63,976 nucleotides of DNA, filler included, from Reclinomonas americana ATCC 50394 (GCA_048213135.1; 51 parts of 51 records of this genome joined end to end with filler, not necessarily neighbours in it), one strand, 5' to 3'; numbered from the whole stretch's first letter, positions 1-13,050 are shown. Made by a program: numbers and translations. The notes: generated by a model from the letters alone, not told the origin.

Positions 1-2
1 GC

Positions 3-515
3 CCTGCGGCCGCGGTCGTGTTCTATAACAGCGCCGAGCCGTTCCATACGCAGCGCTTCGAGCGTGCAGTCGCTTTGTTGCGCGAAGGCAAGGTCGATCG
101 GCTGCTCTTCGTCGGCGGCTATCGCCCCTGGCGCAGCGCCGTCGGCGCCGAGACCCAGGCGCAGCGGGCGAGAGCGATGCTGGGGCGTAATGATGTCGCG
201 GCAGCCGATGGCGGCTCCTACGATACGCTGTCGAACCTGGCGGCGATCTGCCCTTTGCGCCAGATCGCCGCGCCGGGGCGCAACCTGATCCTGGTGTCCG
301 ACGCCCTGCATCTGATGCGGATCGGGGAGGACCGGGCCTTGCTCTCTTGTATCGACGGCGGCGCGCTCGGCTTCGCGGCGAGCCCGCTTTATTCAGACCC
401 GTTCTCGATGTGGATCGTGGCCAACAAGGATATCGCCGCCCGCCTGGTCCGCTTCGGCCTCGGCGAGGAGCGCTACAAGGACCTCGTCCAGCGTTGGCGC
501 TATCACCCGTCCTGA
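3..515 (+). CDS. YdcF/DUF218 family protein, 5' partial (bacterial)
   Basis: RFERAVALLREG..LLFVGG, SYDTLSN and LILVSDALHLMR match DUF218 conserved blocks. High-GC, intronless. Confidence 0.75.
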   Translation, partial: PAAAVVFYNSAEPFHTQRFERAVALLREGKVDRLLFVGGYRPWRSAVGAETQAQRARAMLGRNDVAAADGGSYDTLSNLAAICPLRQIAAPGRNLILVSDALHLMRIGEDRALLSCIDGGALGFAASPLYSDPFSMWIVANKDIAARLVRFGLGEERYKDLVQRWRYHPS

Positions 516-684
516 TCCGGGGCGGCCTTGGCGTGCGCCCGCGGGGCTTGATTAATGATGGGCAACCCGCTACCCGACCGGCGTCGATACCGGGGCGGCC
601 AGGTCGCTGCCGGCGCTCTCGAGAGCGGGACACGCATGGCCTGGGTCCTTTCATCGAGCCGCATTCGGCCGGAGCGCAGCGACA

Positions 685-1168
685 TTGACCACGAGCGGTT
701 GCCCTATCTGCCGGTCAGGAGCGATCTCTCTTGCCTATATGGTCGCCCGCGACGATCTGAGCTCGCGGCCGGTCTACACCGTCAGGCGCTGCGGTGATTG
801 CGGCCATCTCTGGGCCGAAGGCGAGAGCTCCAAGGACCTCTTCAGCGAAATCTACTCGCGCTATTTCTACGGCACGAGCCAGCAGTCGGCGCCGCACAAT
901 GCCGACGGGTCGCTGAAGCCCGAGGCGGAAAACTATCCACCGCTGGTCAACGCGCGCCGGCGCGTGGCGTCGCTGAAGGCGGCGGGCATGCGCGGCAGCC
1001 TGCTCGATGTCGGCTGCGGCGTCGGTTATTTCGTGCTGGCGGCGAAGGATGATTTCGACGCAGAGGGGCTCGAGATCGAGCAGACCGCTGTCGATCAGGC
1101 GGCGCGAATCGGTGCCCGGGTCAGACTCGGCGATGCGCTGGCGCAGGAGGAGAACCCGAAGCGCTACG
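685..1168 (+). CDS. Class I SAM-dependent methyltransferase with N-terminal CxxC/CxxC zinc ribbon, 3' partial (bacterial)
   Basis: CPIC...CGDC followed by SAM motif I LLDVGCGVG and acidic motif II GLEIE. Confidence 0.8.
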
Positions 1169-1268
1169 NNNNNNNNNNNNNNNNNNNNNNNNNNNNNNNN
1201 NNNNNNNNNNNNTTAATTAATTAANNNNNNNNNNNNNNNNNNNNNNNNNNNNNNNNNNNNNNNNNNNN
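1169..1268. other. Artificial contig linker (44 N + TTAATTAATTAA + 44 N); first of 50 identical copies
   Basis: Identical 100-bp block recurs every ~1.26 kb. The 12-mer gives stops in all six frames, and flanking sequences are unrelated in GC content and taxon. Confidence 0.99.
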
Positions 1269-2532
1269 GAGAGAGAGAGAGACGCACTCTGTCGCTCTCT
1301 GTCTCCTCTCTCTCACACACTCACAGACACACATACTCGTGAATGCATTCCTCAAGAGAGAGAGAGAGAGAGATAAGGGAATGAGAGAGACGACAGCGTC
1401 CACACTCTGTCGTTCTCTGCCTCTCTCTCTCTCTCTCTTACGTGCATGCATTCCTCTCTCTTTCTCACACACATGCATTCCTCTCTCCTTTCAGCTCTCT
1501 CTCACACACACGTCTCCCATTCCTTCTTATCAAACACTCACCCGACCCATCAATGCCCCACTCCGTCTCCAACGCCAACATCACCGGCTCACTGTGCGTC
1601 GGCAGCGAAATGTGCAGTCCTTTGATCTCCATTCCACGAATGCCAATGCTGCAGTCGGCCACACTCACAAACAGGAGCACGAGAAGCAGAGTGATGACAT
1701 GTGCAAGGAGGAGGAGTGGAGGTGGTGGAGGTGGTCTTGCGCGAGGCATTACTCGTGCAAGTTCGTTCATTCGCGAGCGCTCGATTCGTGGACGACAATT
1801 GCGGTGGCGAAGAACAAGACACTTCATTCACCACATTCCAATAATGCGATAAACGCCCACAAATCCCTTGCCGACAATGACCTTGGCACACCAACAATAT
1901 ACAAACACATAATTACTTCTCCAATAGTCATCTTCCCTTTCAGGAGGCAAAACTGACGCGGCGGTGGCTGTGGGGAAGCTGCAACGGTTCTGATGCACAA
2001 AACCAACAAGTTGTTATGTGATCCAGATCGCACGACGCAAAGAAACGCAGGCGGAGTACGAATTCAGCAGTCCAAGCGAATTCGACTTCGAACGCACGCG
2101 CGCGCGCTGCGCGCACAGCTGCTTCAAAGATAGGCGTCTGTGGTTATCTTTTGGGTGCGGCTCAAGCCACCAACATGAGCCTCACCAACAACATGACAAG
2201 CTCTCTTCTGTTTCAACCACACCATCAACCAACGCACGACGCCTCCACTGCTTTTAAAAATTTGCTTTGCCTGCTTCACAGATCCGGACCTGGCTTTGCT
2301 TTGTTTGCCTGGCTTATTGCCTTTTCCCGAATTCGATGTGCCGTGTACGATCGCAGAAAACGCTATGTGTCTGTGCATGTGCGTCAAATCCACTGGTCAA
2401 CCACGCTTATGCGGCGAAGATCGCATTTCAACNNNNNNNNNNNNNNNNNNNNNNNNNNNNNNNNNNNNNNNNNNNNTTAATTAATTAANNNNNNNNNNNN
2501 NNNNNNNNNNNNNNNNNNNNNNNNNNNNNNNN

Positions 2533-3698
2533 TGTAGACTGTAAGCTCCGAAGAGATTGAGTGAACAGCATGTGCAGGCGTTTAAATATTTCACACCAAT
2601 CCTGTGGCTTGCCTTTCGCAGACAATCAGCAACTGTGTCTTCACGTCGAATATGGCGAACAACAATGGCAATGGTGGTACTGGTGTGTAAGAAGCAGCGC
2701 TGATGACCCCATGTGACAGCAGTGCATTCGAGACTGACTCTGCGTTCATTACTCTCAGGGCCTGGGGGTTGGAGTGTACATAGTCGCAGTTTGCTTAATG
2801 GCGGTGGCGTTATGTTGGTCGTCGCTGACAAGTTGTTTAGCTCTGGCGACACAAGCATTAGCCAGGTATCAGTGCTTCCAGTTTGGCTGTTTACAACGGA
2901 AACCCATTGCATCCGTGGCAGGTCATTGGAAACAGCACTTTCACATCAAACACAGCAAGCAATAACGGGAATGGTGTGTATACCCATGTTAATAATACGT
3001 GTGGTTCATATGCATGTTCTTCTGCGTCGATCGGATGTCTTCGAGTGCATGTGCGACTCACGTGCAATGGCAGGAGGATTGAGTGCAAGTGCCTGGAACG
3101 GAGGTGGTATCATGTTGCTCGGTATGGGCTCTGGTACAGCAACCCAGGTGCGCTTCGCGTCGGTGTCGCTAGAGCACTGCTGCATGTGAATCCGTGAGTA
3201 TTATTGTTGACTTAGATGGCAACAGACTATCAGCAACTGTGCATTCTTGTCGAGTACAGCAAACAATAACGGAGGTGGCGGTAAGTGGATTTCATATTAT
3301 AAAATGCGTCCACTCATGTGCGCGTTGCATCTGTTCCTTCGCGAGGTCTCTTTATGGAAGTGTGTTCTTATCTGGTTGTGTGCTTGTGCGTAGTTGCCGC
3401 CAGCAGCGGTACTAACGGTGGTGGCGTGATGCTAGTTGTCGCTGGTGGCTGTGGACAGTTCATCAGTAGTTGCACATTTGTCACGAACACAGCGAACAGA
3501 AACGGGAGCGCTGGTCAGAACTGCCACTTCTCGTTACTGCCGCACACCGTTTTCTCATTCAATGTGGCGTTGAACGCAGAGGCTGCCGACAGCAGTTCTG
3601 ACCTCAATGGGGGTGGTGTAATGCTTATTCGAGTATCTTCCTATGCCAGTCAGGTGTGTTTTATATGATTCCGGCCTTTCTGTATTATCGTTGCAAAT
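2533..3698 (+). CDS. Fragment of an intron-rich eukaryotic gene with GG[VI]ML / FxxN (parallel beta-helix, Pmp-like) repeats
   Basis: Repeated NGGGVML/NGGGIML and FTSNTASNNG/FVTNTANRNG motifs in different frames, separated by short GT..AG segments. Confidence 0.55.
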
Positions 3699-3798
3699 NN
3701 NNNNNNNNNNNNNNNNNNNNNNNNNNNNNNNNNNNNNNNNNNTTAATTAATTAANNNNNNNNNNNNNNNNNNNNNNNNNNNNNNNNNNNNNNNNNNNN

Positions 3799-4400
3799 TG
3801 CAGCAACTCTTCGCGACTCAACAGATGCTCCTCCGTCGAATGCACAAAGCGTGACCAGCGCTGCATCAGCTTGTTCTTCTGCAGCATGGCGCCCTCGGCG
3901 CGTCCCTCAAAGAAGCGTCGCAGCGTGGCACACGCGTAGCCGACGGTGTTCCGCGGCCGCGCAAACAAGTCAATCTGGGGCGGCGACATGAGACGCGTTC
4001 AACCACGCGAGGTCTATGAGAAACACACACACACACCTCCAGCTTGGTCAGATCGTACTGTCGCAGCTCGTGCGGCTCACTGGGGCAGTTGCCAATCTGC
4101 TCCATGCGCGCCGCACGTGCTCGTTTCAGATCGCTGGTCGTCGACAGCGATCGCACCCAGCTGAGCACCGGTCGCGGAGGCGCTCCCGTGTACAATGCAC
4201 AGCGCACACGCAGCAGCTCTTGACACTAAACACACACCATCAAAGTCGTGAGCAAGCAGAGCTGAATATCAGTGTCGTGTCGTAAGCGCGCGTGTACCTT
4301 GTTGACCCAGTCTTCCAGATCGTACTCCAACAGGCGCTCGTCGACAGAGATGCTCAGCTCAGACGGGTTCTCAAACGCGACAGAGTTGGGCATTCGTGCC
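3799..4400 (-). CDS. Eukaryotic spliced gene fragment, possibly DUF4549/CCDC162-like
   Basis: Exon LRRFFEGRAEGAMLQKNKLMQRWSRFVHST resembles the L..F...R.....K..M.RW.RF block as I recall it for DUF4549; not confirmed by search. Confidence 0.4.
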
Positions 4401-5064
4401 GCCGTCCTGCGAGAGAAACACCCCACTTTCAGAGAGATGAAAGTGTGTGTGCGTGTGTGTGATTCACCTGCGAGTCCACTCCAGCTCATCCTCCACACTG
4501 CCACTTGCAGGCTGTCGCAGCGCCTGCGAGGCGGCTGTGTGCGACATTGATCTCTCTCGCCTATGCCTGCACTGCAACGACCACGCGATGACTCATCACA
4601 TCAACCAAAATGGCGGCATTTTGGCCGGTTGCAAGTTTCTTCATACTTCGTCCGATATCCTGCGTGCGGTCTTCGCGTGTGTGTGTTTGAGTGTGCAACA
4701 GCGTAGCAAGCAAGCATGAGTGACGAGGACGACACGTCGACCAATGGTATCTCAAACACACGCGCGTGCATCAACACGCGCACAACTAGACAAACTCACA
4801 TCTCCCTCTCCACACAGTGAGCGACTTTGACGAGAGCACCGACACGGGCTCGTCGGCGACCAGCACCAGTGCCACGGACTCTGACTGGATGCAACGAAGA
4901 CGCGCGGCGTTTAATCGAAATGCCACGCCTCCCACAGCAGCAGCAGCAGCAGCAGCAGCAGCAANNNNNNNNNNNNNNNNNNNNNNNNNNNNNNNNNNNN
5001 NNNNNNNNTTAATTAATTAANNNNNNNNNNNNNNNNNNNNNNNNNNNNNNNNNNNNNNNNNNNN

Positions 5065-6231
5065 GCGGACACACGAATCCGCGAGACACCAAACCTCTCC
5101 AAAAACATGTCAGCGCAATCTACACACACATGCACCGTACGGAAGAGCCACTTGGCATCTGAGCACAAACACTGAAACCGAAGAGTACTGAGGGCTGGGT
5201 TGAGTCGACGGATAAGGGGCGGGATGGGCCCCCCTGCACCAGCCGAGGGTGCGAGCGCAATTTGCTTCGCGTACAGCTGCACAATATTCTTGTATGTGAC
5301 AAAGTTCGACAGAGGCTCATCTGCCACAGCACCGTGAGTGGCAGTCGTAGGGCGGGGCGCATATTCGCAAACACACCAGAACCCTGCTGGCAACTGGGAC
5401 ACACAGGATTGCCTTGCGACCACGGGAAAATGGAAGAAACGTGTGCAGCGGTCGCGGCCGCAGTCCGTGGCGGCGACCTCTTCCGACTGCGCGCGGTCAG
5501 TGCGGCATCCTCTGCACTGATAGCTGTCCTCGCTGACATGGGCAGTGCTGAATACGACGCACTCGACGGCAGCGTCATTGTGGAGGTGGGCGCAATGCTA
5601 AACTTGGCCGGGCCCTGCAAGCAAAAATGACGAATCAGTGGGTGTGCCAAGTGACAAGTGGTGACGGCAGCGGCGGCAGAACGCACAAAGCTCTTGCGCC
5701 GAATGTCACAGCCCCACAGCAGGTACAATGTGTCGTGGTCACCCTGCCTAAAGTGCAAGATGATCTGTCGCAGTCGGCAGTCGTAAAGCTCCTCAATGTG
5801 TCGCACAATCGCGTCACACGTCTGTTGCACTGTCGTGGCCAGAGCCGGGGAGGTAATAGGCGCTGCAGAGAGGCGAACTGCATGAGCCACAGAGAGAGGG
5901 AGAGAGCGAGAGAGAGGGAGAGAGAGTCGGTGCTTCATACCGTACACAGACAAATGCTCTGCCCCTTCGTATGTGACTGCGCGGGTGTACATGTCGTGTC
6001 GCGCATCGTTGACTCGATAAATATTAACTCGCCGCTCAATGAGGCACATATTCGGCGTCCACACTGCACGAATAATGCCTGGTGGACACCGCAGCAACGT
6101 AAGCAACCCAATCAACACAAAATGGCACATAAGGACTGCGGCGCAACTATTACTGACGCCGACCGGCAGCACAAACTGTTGCAGTATGGCCAGGCGATCC
6201 TTTGGTCTGTCGTACAGAAAGGAACCTGCAG
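5065..6231 (-). CDS. Eukaryotic spliced gene fragment, uncharacterised protist protein with CxxC motifs
   Basis: Exons IIRAVWTPNMCLIERRVN..RAVTYEGAEHLS, CDAIVRHI..LYLLW, CPSC, FVTYKNI and VCVDC, separated by GT-AG introns. Confidence 0.5.
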
Positions 6232-7871
6232 NNNNNNNNNNNNNNNNNNNNNNNNNNNNNNNNNNNNNNNNNNNNTTAATTAATTAANNNNNNNNNNNNN
6301 NNNNNNNNNNNNNNNNNNNNNNNNNNNNNNNCGCGACAAGTGATGTGAGCGACCTGCGAGGGGAGCAACAATCGCAAATTAGGGATGTGGAAACGCTCGT
6401 GTCGGCGTGCATGCGTGGCATCTCACTCACTCAGAAACACACCTCAGCGCACAATCGTTGCGCGTCGCTAGGTGATGGTGCTCGAGCATGTCGCTCCGGC
6501 CACAGCACTCGAGCGTTTCATTGGTCATGGGGCGCAACCACCGACAATTGACGGGCGACCGGGCAGTGCCACGTGACGGGCGACCGGGCAGTGCCACGGC
6601 GATGGAGCGTCCGCCTTGCATGGAGCGATGTGACGTGCTGCGATGGATCCACGGAGAACACACAACCATCAGTGAACAATGACTGCAGGCAAATGCACCA
6701 CACGCGTGCACGCAAGTCTCGCCTGCAACCACAGCAAGGAACAGTTGTCAACAGTCCTGCTACAGTTCTTGAACGTGCTGGCCGAGTACGCATATGCTAA
6801 CTGAAATCGCCAGCAAGCAGCGCAGGCGCACACGACCTTCCAACAGCGAACGACAAGTCGAGTCGACCAAGTGCGCGATCAGTCAAATTCGCAGTCGTCG
6901 TCCTCCTCCTCGAGCTCCAGCTGGTCCACGTCCATCCGACTGGCGATCGACGTCGACCCATGACCAGCTGCAGACGCTGCGGCCGTACAAGTGGAGTCGC
7001 TCTTGCCGTTGTGTCGCGCCCGTTTTCGAGCCGGCTCACCGTCCATGGCCACCTCGCGATCGCCCATGACCACGTGCACGTCACATGGACGCTTCGCGAA
7101 CTCGACCACGTCGGCGTCGGCCTCGCCCGAGCTGACCACGGGCAATGCCAGGAGTGATGCTGGTGCTTCAGCAGCAGCAACAACAAGTGCAGGTGGCTCC
7201 GGCGGAGGTGTTGGTGGCAGCGGTGGCGGCGGTTGTGCCTCGAGCTCCATGTCGACATCGATATCGCCATGAAGATGTGCCCACATGCATGGACAATTGC
7301 AAAGCGGTGGTGGAAGTGGACCGATCACATCCTTCCCCGCATACAACAACTGTTGTGCGACCGGTGGCCATGGGCTGCAGTGCGAATCATACCACGGCGA
7401 GAGAAATAGAGAGAGAATGATCGTGAGCGCGCAGCACAACAACATTTCAGCACGCAAATGCCTCTCACCCAGCAGCATGTGAAGGTACGTGCAATTNNNN
7501 NNNNNNNNNNNNNNNNNNNNNNNNNNNNNNNNNNNNNNNNTTAATTAATTAANNNNNNNNNNNNNNNNNNNNNNNNNNNNNNNNNNNNNNNNNNNNCGCT
7601 CGTGGAGCAGGTTAAAAAATCGAGGTATTCGTACCAGTAGGCATGGAGAAATCTCGAGACGGCAACGCGCTGCATTGCTTCTGCAAGGAAAAAGCGGGCA
7701 AGCAGTGATCGACAACCGCACACAGTAAACACCACTTGAAACCCCCATTCCCAAAAACTGCAGGAATGCTATGAACATGCTCTTACGCTCTCGCTTGTGG
7801 TGTCGACCATCTGCAGTTTACAATCCTCAATAGGCAAGGGAACAAAAAAACAACGAGGCACCACACTCTCT

Positions 7872-8641
7872 TCAGGCCTCATTCTGCAATAGCCAACCGA
7901 CGAGGAAGGCGAGTCCTGTGTACGTGCATGCAGGTAAGCAACAACAAATCTTCGTTCCTCGCGGCACGTACAAACCAGTGGCAATGCCTCCATTAATGGT
8001 CATAATGAGACCGCCTTTCCACCACTGGCCGCCCACGAGCTTGTCTTTGAAGGCACCGAGGACGAACAGCGCGAACGCGGTCAGGCACATGGAGAGGATG
8101 AATTGCTTGTCAGTCACCGAGGCCACCGTGTCGAACTCGCCAAACACGAGGAAGGCCAGCAGCGGCAGCGCGCCAAAGAGGATGAACGAGATGAAGGTGA
8201 TGAACGCTGCGGCATGGTGATCAGGAAACCACTAAAGAGAGAGCCTTTTTTTCTTGGCCTGCACTCACCGCCCTTGGCTGGCGAGTCGTCCTCGTCGGGC
8301 GTCGACAGGCCCTTGTGTTCCATCAGCAGCACATTGACAAACACGTCGGGGTTCTCGGCGAACAGGTCGACAACGGTGGCCGAGTCTTGCGGTGAGTAGC
8401 CTTTTTCGCGGAAAATCTGCGCTAACGCCATTCTCTCGCGCATCGGGTTGTTCATGTATGCCCTGCAACAGAAATTGAGAACAGTGTGCGGGAGAGAGAT
8501 GAAGAGATGGACGCAACGCCTCCTCCTTCAGACGCTCGGCAATGGCGTGTGAGGACTCGGATTTCTCGCTAAAGTAGTCGCCGAGGCCCATGGAGATGGC
8601 GTCGCCGATGAGGTTGGCGAAGCCGATGAGAAGGACGGCCT
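7872..8641 (-). CDS. VIT1: VIT1/CCC1 family vacuolar iron transporter, 3' part (4 exons)
   Basis: Spliced protein GFANLIGDAISMGLGDYFSEKSE...TFISFILFGALPLL...LFVLGAFK...GGIATGLAFLVG-stop; DxxSM metal motif. Confidence 0.9.
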
Positions 8642-8912
8642 CTGGATAGGGGGGGAGGGAAAGGGGGTATTAAGGGGAAGGCGGAGGGGGAAGAAACGAG
8701 AAGGCGAAGCGAGGAAGAGCGCAGCGAGGAAGAGCGAAGCAAGGAAGAGCGAAGCGAGGAGNNNNNNNNNNNNNNNNNNNNNNNNNNNNNNNNNNNNNNN
8801 NNNNNTTAATTAATTAANNNNNNNNNNNNNNNNNNNNNNNNNNNNNNNNNNNNNNNNNNNNCACACCGTCAGAACCCCACAACGGGGAGAACCCGCGCGC
8901 GCTTCTGCTCAC

Positions 8913-9868
8913 CTCCCGGATCCAGTCGCCCCACACTCAAGTCAAACTGATGGCGCGTCTGCGGCGCATGCGACAGCAAGTACGCCGCCTGGCCCTCGGC
9001 CAGCGCATCCTCGTACTGCTCGGCCGCTTGAGTGCGCTCCTTGACTTGACCGCGGAACACGTCGCCGTTGGAGCGCACCACCGCAAAGTCGTTAAGAACT
9101 GTGCGCGGACCGACGGGGAGCGACAGAACGCCTTCCACGCTCTCACTCCCGCTGTTGACAAAGCGGAAGAGGCAGGTGGCCTCGGCCGCTCGGTCGCGCT
9201 GGCGAATGGTGATCAGGGTGCCTGGGAAGGGGAAGGAAGACGGAGAGGGGAGGGTGAGGAAGAAGGAGAGGGGGAAGGGGAAGGGGGAAAGAGAGGAGGA
9301 AGGAGAAGGGGAAGGGAGAGAGAGAGGAGGAAGGAGAGGGGGGACGAGGATGAAGGAATGGAAGGATTGGGAGAGAAGAGAAGGAGAGGGAGGGAGAGAA
9401 GGAGAGGTGGGATGAGGGACAGGGACAGGGGAAGAGGGCGAGAGAGACGGGAAGAGGGGAAGAGAGGGAGGAAACGAGGAGAGATGCATTGACTGGATAT
9501 CCAAGATGCGCCACTGTCAAATCGCCCTCTTCTCTCTGCTGCTCATTTGTGTACCCCAAGAGAGACAGCACATATAGCTCAAGAACACCCTCAACCGTCG
9601 ACAACCCACTGAAAGCAGCGATGGGGGAACAATTCAAACTATTAATACTTTTTCTCAATGAAACCCACTTGCCTGTCAGTGTGCACTTTGCGTCAGTCAC
9701 TGGCTGCTGCTGGTCGCCACCCACGGGGAGTGCAGTCATGCGCACAGGTCCGTCGGGTGGAACGAGCACGTTTTCGTCAAACGGATTCCTCCCGTTGGGC
9801 ATTATGTAAGGGACGAGGATGTTGGGTGGTGGGGGGTTGGTGGGCTGGCGGGAGTTGGAGTTGCCCAT
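8913..9868 (-). CDS. VIT (vault inter-alpha-trypsin) domain protein, vWA5A-like, 5' part with N-myristoylation-like start
   Basis: MGNSNS start; exon FRFVNSGSESVEGVLSLPV...NDFAV...GQVKERTQAAEQYEDALAEGQAAYLL...FDLSVGRLDPG. Confidence 0.8.
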
Positions 9869-10125
9869 GGTGGTGGGTGGTGAGTGCGCGCGGGGAGCGA
9901 TGAAGACGATAAATGGTGGGACAACTGGATCGACGTCTGTCGGAATTGCTGAGTTAACCTTCCTTGTTCGCCCTCATACACCCAGCGACCCAGTGGGTTC
10001 CGCCCTTGACTACGCACCCGACCCANNNNNNNNNNNNNNNNNNNNNNNNNNNNNNNNNNNNNNNNNNNNTTAATTAATTAANNNNNNNNNNNNNNNNNNN
10101 NNNNNNNNNNNNNNNNNNNNNNNNN

Positions 10126-10644
10126 GCCCTGCTCCTTGTCCTGGATCACCTGCGCCGCCTTGACGACGTCGCTCCAGGTCTTGGGCCGCTCGAAGCCGTG
10201 CTTGGCGAGCAGGTCCTTGCGATAGGCGAACATGGCGATGTTGCCGACGAAGGGCGCGGCATAGAGCTTGCCGTTGTGCTTGGAGACGTCGATCGCCGAT
10301 TTGACGAACTCGCCCGGCAGGCCGCCGACGGTGTCGAGATCGGTGAGCCAGCCGCGCGCCATGAACTCCGGCGCCCAGATGTCGTCGAGCATGGCGACGT
10401 CGGTCGCCGCCGTCTTCTCGCGCGCGCCGACGGCGAGACGCTCATAGAGCGGGCCGCCGCCGAGCTCGAGCCGCTCGATCTTCACGTTCGGATTCTTGGC
10501 CTGGTAGAGCTCGACCATCTTGGCCAGCGCCGGCGCGAAGCCGGCATCGCGCCCGGCGATCACCAGCCGGTCCTGCGCGGCGGCGGGCAGAACGAGCCCG
10601 GCCAACATCAACACGGCGCCGAGCGCCTTACCCATCGTCCTCAT
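10126..10644 (-). CDS. Sugar ABC transporter substrate-binding protein, 3' partial (Alphaproteobacteria)
   Basis: Signal peptide ending AAAQD; DVAMLDDIWAPEF, KLYAAPF, YRKDLL and PKTWSD motifs. Confidence 0.85.
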
Positions 10645-10831
10645 CGCGATCCCCCGTCCGGGTCTCTGCCCGGCCGGGCATTGTGGGAGCGGATGGCTGG
10701 CGAGTGCAACAGCTATGCGACGGTTTCGGAACAATCCCGCGCGGCGGCGCGTTCGAAATGGGTCGCGGCGCTGCCGCGCATCTCGTCAGCCGCGCAAGCG
10801 CGGCATCGCACAACCAGCGGGGGGTTCCGCC

Positions 10832-10906
10832 ATGAACAACATCATTTACCTGGTCGGCCTGGTCGTCGTCGTGCTGGCGATCCTGTCCTTCCTCGGGCTG
10901 CGTTGA
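10832..10906 (+). CDS. 24-aa single-TM small protein MNNIIYLVGLVVVVLAILSFLGLR
   Basis: ATG with G-rich RBS, hydrophobic helix and TGA stop; resembles a small-protein type common in Alphaproteobacteria. Confidence 0.65.
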   Translation: MNNIIYLVGLVVVVLAILSFLGLR

Positions 10907-10936
10907 AGCAGCCACCGACACGACGCTGCTCCAGCC

Positions 10937-11029
10937 CGTCATGCTCGCCCTTGTGGCGAGCATCCACGTCTTGAACACCGCCCTACCCGAAGGAAGACGT
11001 AGATGGTCGGGACAAGCCCGACCATGACG
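10937..11029. repeat. Rhizobiales RIME/REP-like palindromic intergenic element
   Basis: Outer inverted repeat CGTCATG..CATGACG; hairpins ATGCTCGCC-CTTGT-GGCGAGCAT and ATGGTCGGG-ACAAG-CCCGACCAT; internal ACGTCTT..AAGACGT; lies between convergent genes. Confidence 0.75.
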
Positions 11030-11048
11030 ACGAGGCGTAGATTCTGTC

Positions 11049-11287
11049 TCAGCGGTCGTCGCGACGCGGCTTCTTCGCACCGAACGGCTTCTTGCCAGCG
11101 AAAGGCTTCTTTGCTCCGAACGGCTTCTTCTCGCCAAAGCTCTTACCCGCAGGCCGACCCTCGCCGGCGCCCGGACGCTCGCCGCCCTGCGACGCACCGA
11201 ACGGCTTCTTGCCACCCTCGAACTTGCCGCCCTTGAACTTGCCAGCGAACGGCTTGCCGCCATGCTCGCCCTTCTTGTCGAAGGAGG
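11049..11287 (-). CDS. Lys/Gly-rich C-terminal tail (KKPF repeats) of a bacterial protein, typical of DEAD-box helicases or pseudouridine synthases
   Basis: SFDKKGEHGGKPFAGKFKGG...KKPFGAKKPFAGKKPFGAKKPRRDDR-stop. Confidence 0.55.
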
Positions 11288-11637
11288 NNNNNNNNNNNNN
11301 NNNNNNNNNNNNNNNNNNNNNNNNNNNNNNNTTAATTAATTAANNNNNNNNNNNNNNNNNNNNNNNNNNNNNNNNNNNNNNNNNNNNTGGGGAAGCGAAG
11401 GGGGAAGACGATGGGGGAAGACAAGGGGGAAGACAAGGGGAAGACGATGGGGGAAGACGATGGGGGAAGTCGATGGGGGAAGACGATGGGGGAAGACGCA
11501 GGGGGAAGAGGTACTCGTCAGCGAGCCAACAGAACAAGAGAAAGTAGAGAAGTGAAGAACACAAAAGCGCAAGGGGAGAGGGACCGCGAGAGAGTGGCAG
11601 ACAAACACATGCAGAGAGACAGGATGCTCTTCACTCA

Positions 11638-12267
<630 letters not shown>

Positions 12268-12652
12268 CTGCACAGAGAAGGGGAAAGGGATGAGGGGAAA
12301 GGGAACGAGGGGGAAGGGGGAAAGGGGTGAAAGGGGAAAGGGGACAGGGGTAAAAGGAGAAGGGTTAAGAGGAAAAGGGGAGAGCAAGAGGAATAGAGAG
12401 AGAGAGAGAGAGAGAGTTCTAGTTTTTTCTTGACTGTCCAACGCTGACAACTCACTCATATACACAACAACAATGCACACAAGCGAAGAGAGAGAGAGAG
12501 TAAGTGAGACAGGGAGGGACGGGGAGAGAATGTGAGAGTGAGCGAGTGAGAGNNNNNNNNNNNNNNNNNNNNNNNNNNNNNNNNNNNNNNNNNNNNTTAA
12601 TTAATTAANNNNNNNNNNNNNNNNNNNNNNNNNNNNNNNNNNNNNNNNNNNN

Positions 12653-13050
12653 CCAACTTGCGTGAAAACAATCGGCACGTACGTAACCACCGCTTCAGTG
12701 TGCGATCGGATCTTCTCCACCAGCTCCGAGTACTTCGCCAGCTTGCGGTCGTACGCCTTTTGCAGCGCCTCTTCGTCCTTCGGGTACGCAACGGTGAGTT
12801 CCACGATCAGCACCTTCGTCACCTGTGCGTCAGCTCCTGAGCCTGCTCGAGTCACAGCCACAATGTCTGGTTTCAGCTGTGCCAACTGGTCTTCTCCTGC
12901 TGGCAACAAATTCTGCGGCACTTAAGCTTTCTCGGTGTAGAAGACTGCCTCGCTGTGCATACTCGAGTCTCTGAGTTTCTCGTGCAAGATCGTTGCCACT
13001 CTGTTGTCCCGACTCACGCTGTAGGTTTATGGGGAACAAGACATGGCGAG
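12653..13050 (-). mobile_element. Degenerate non-LTR retrotransposon fragment encoding a restriction-like endonuclease (RLE)
   Basis: RDNRVATIL (cf. RHN), LKPDIV...LIVELTV...AYDRKLAKYSEL...VPIVF match the PD..D/E..KxxKY RLE signature. In-frame TAA at 12922 and 13027. Confidence 0.75.

Noticed and set aside
12922..13029. In-frame TAA codons as evidence of a UAA=Gln genetic code
   Set aside because: Seen only in a decayed retroelement. TAA/TAG end genes normally at 15197, 57625 and 58013, and conserved exons lack internal stops.
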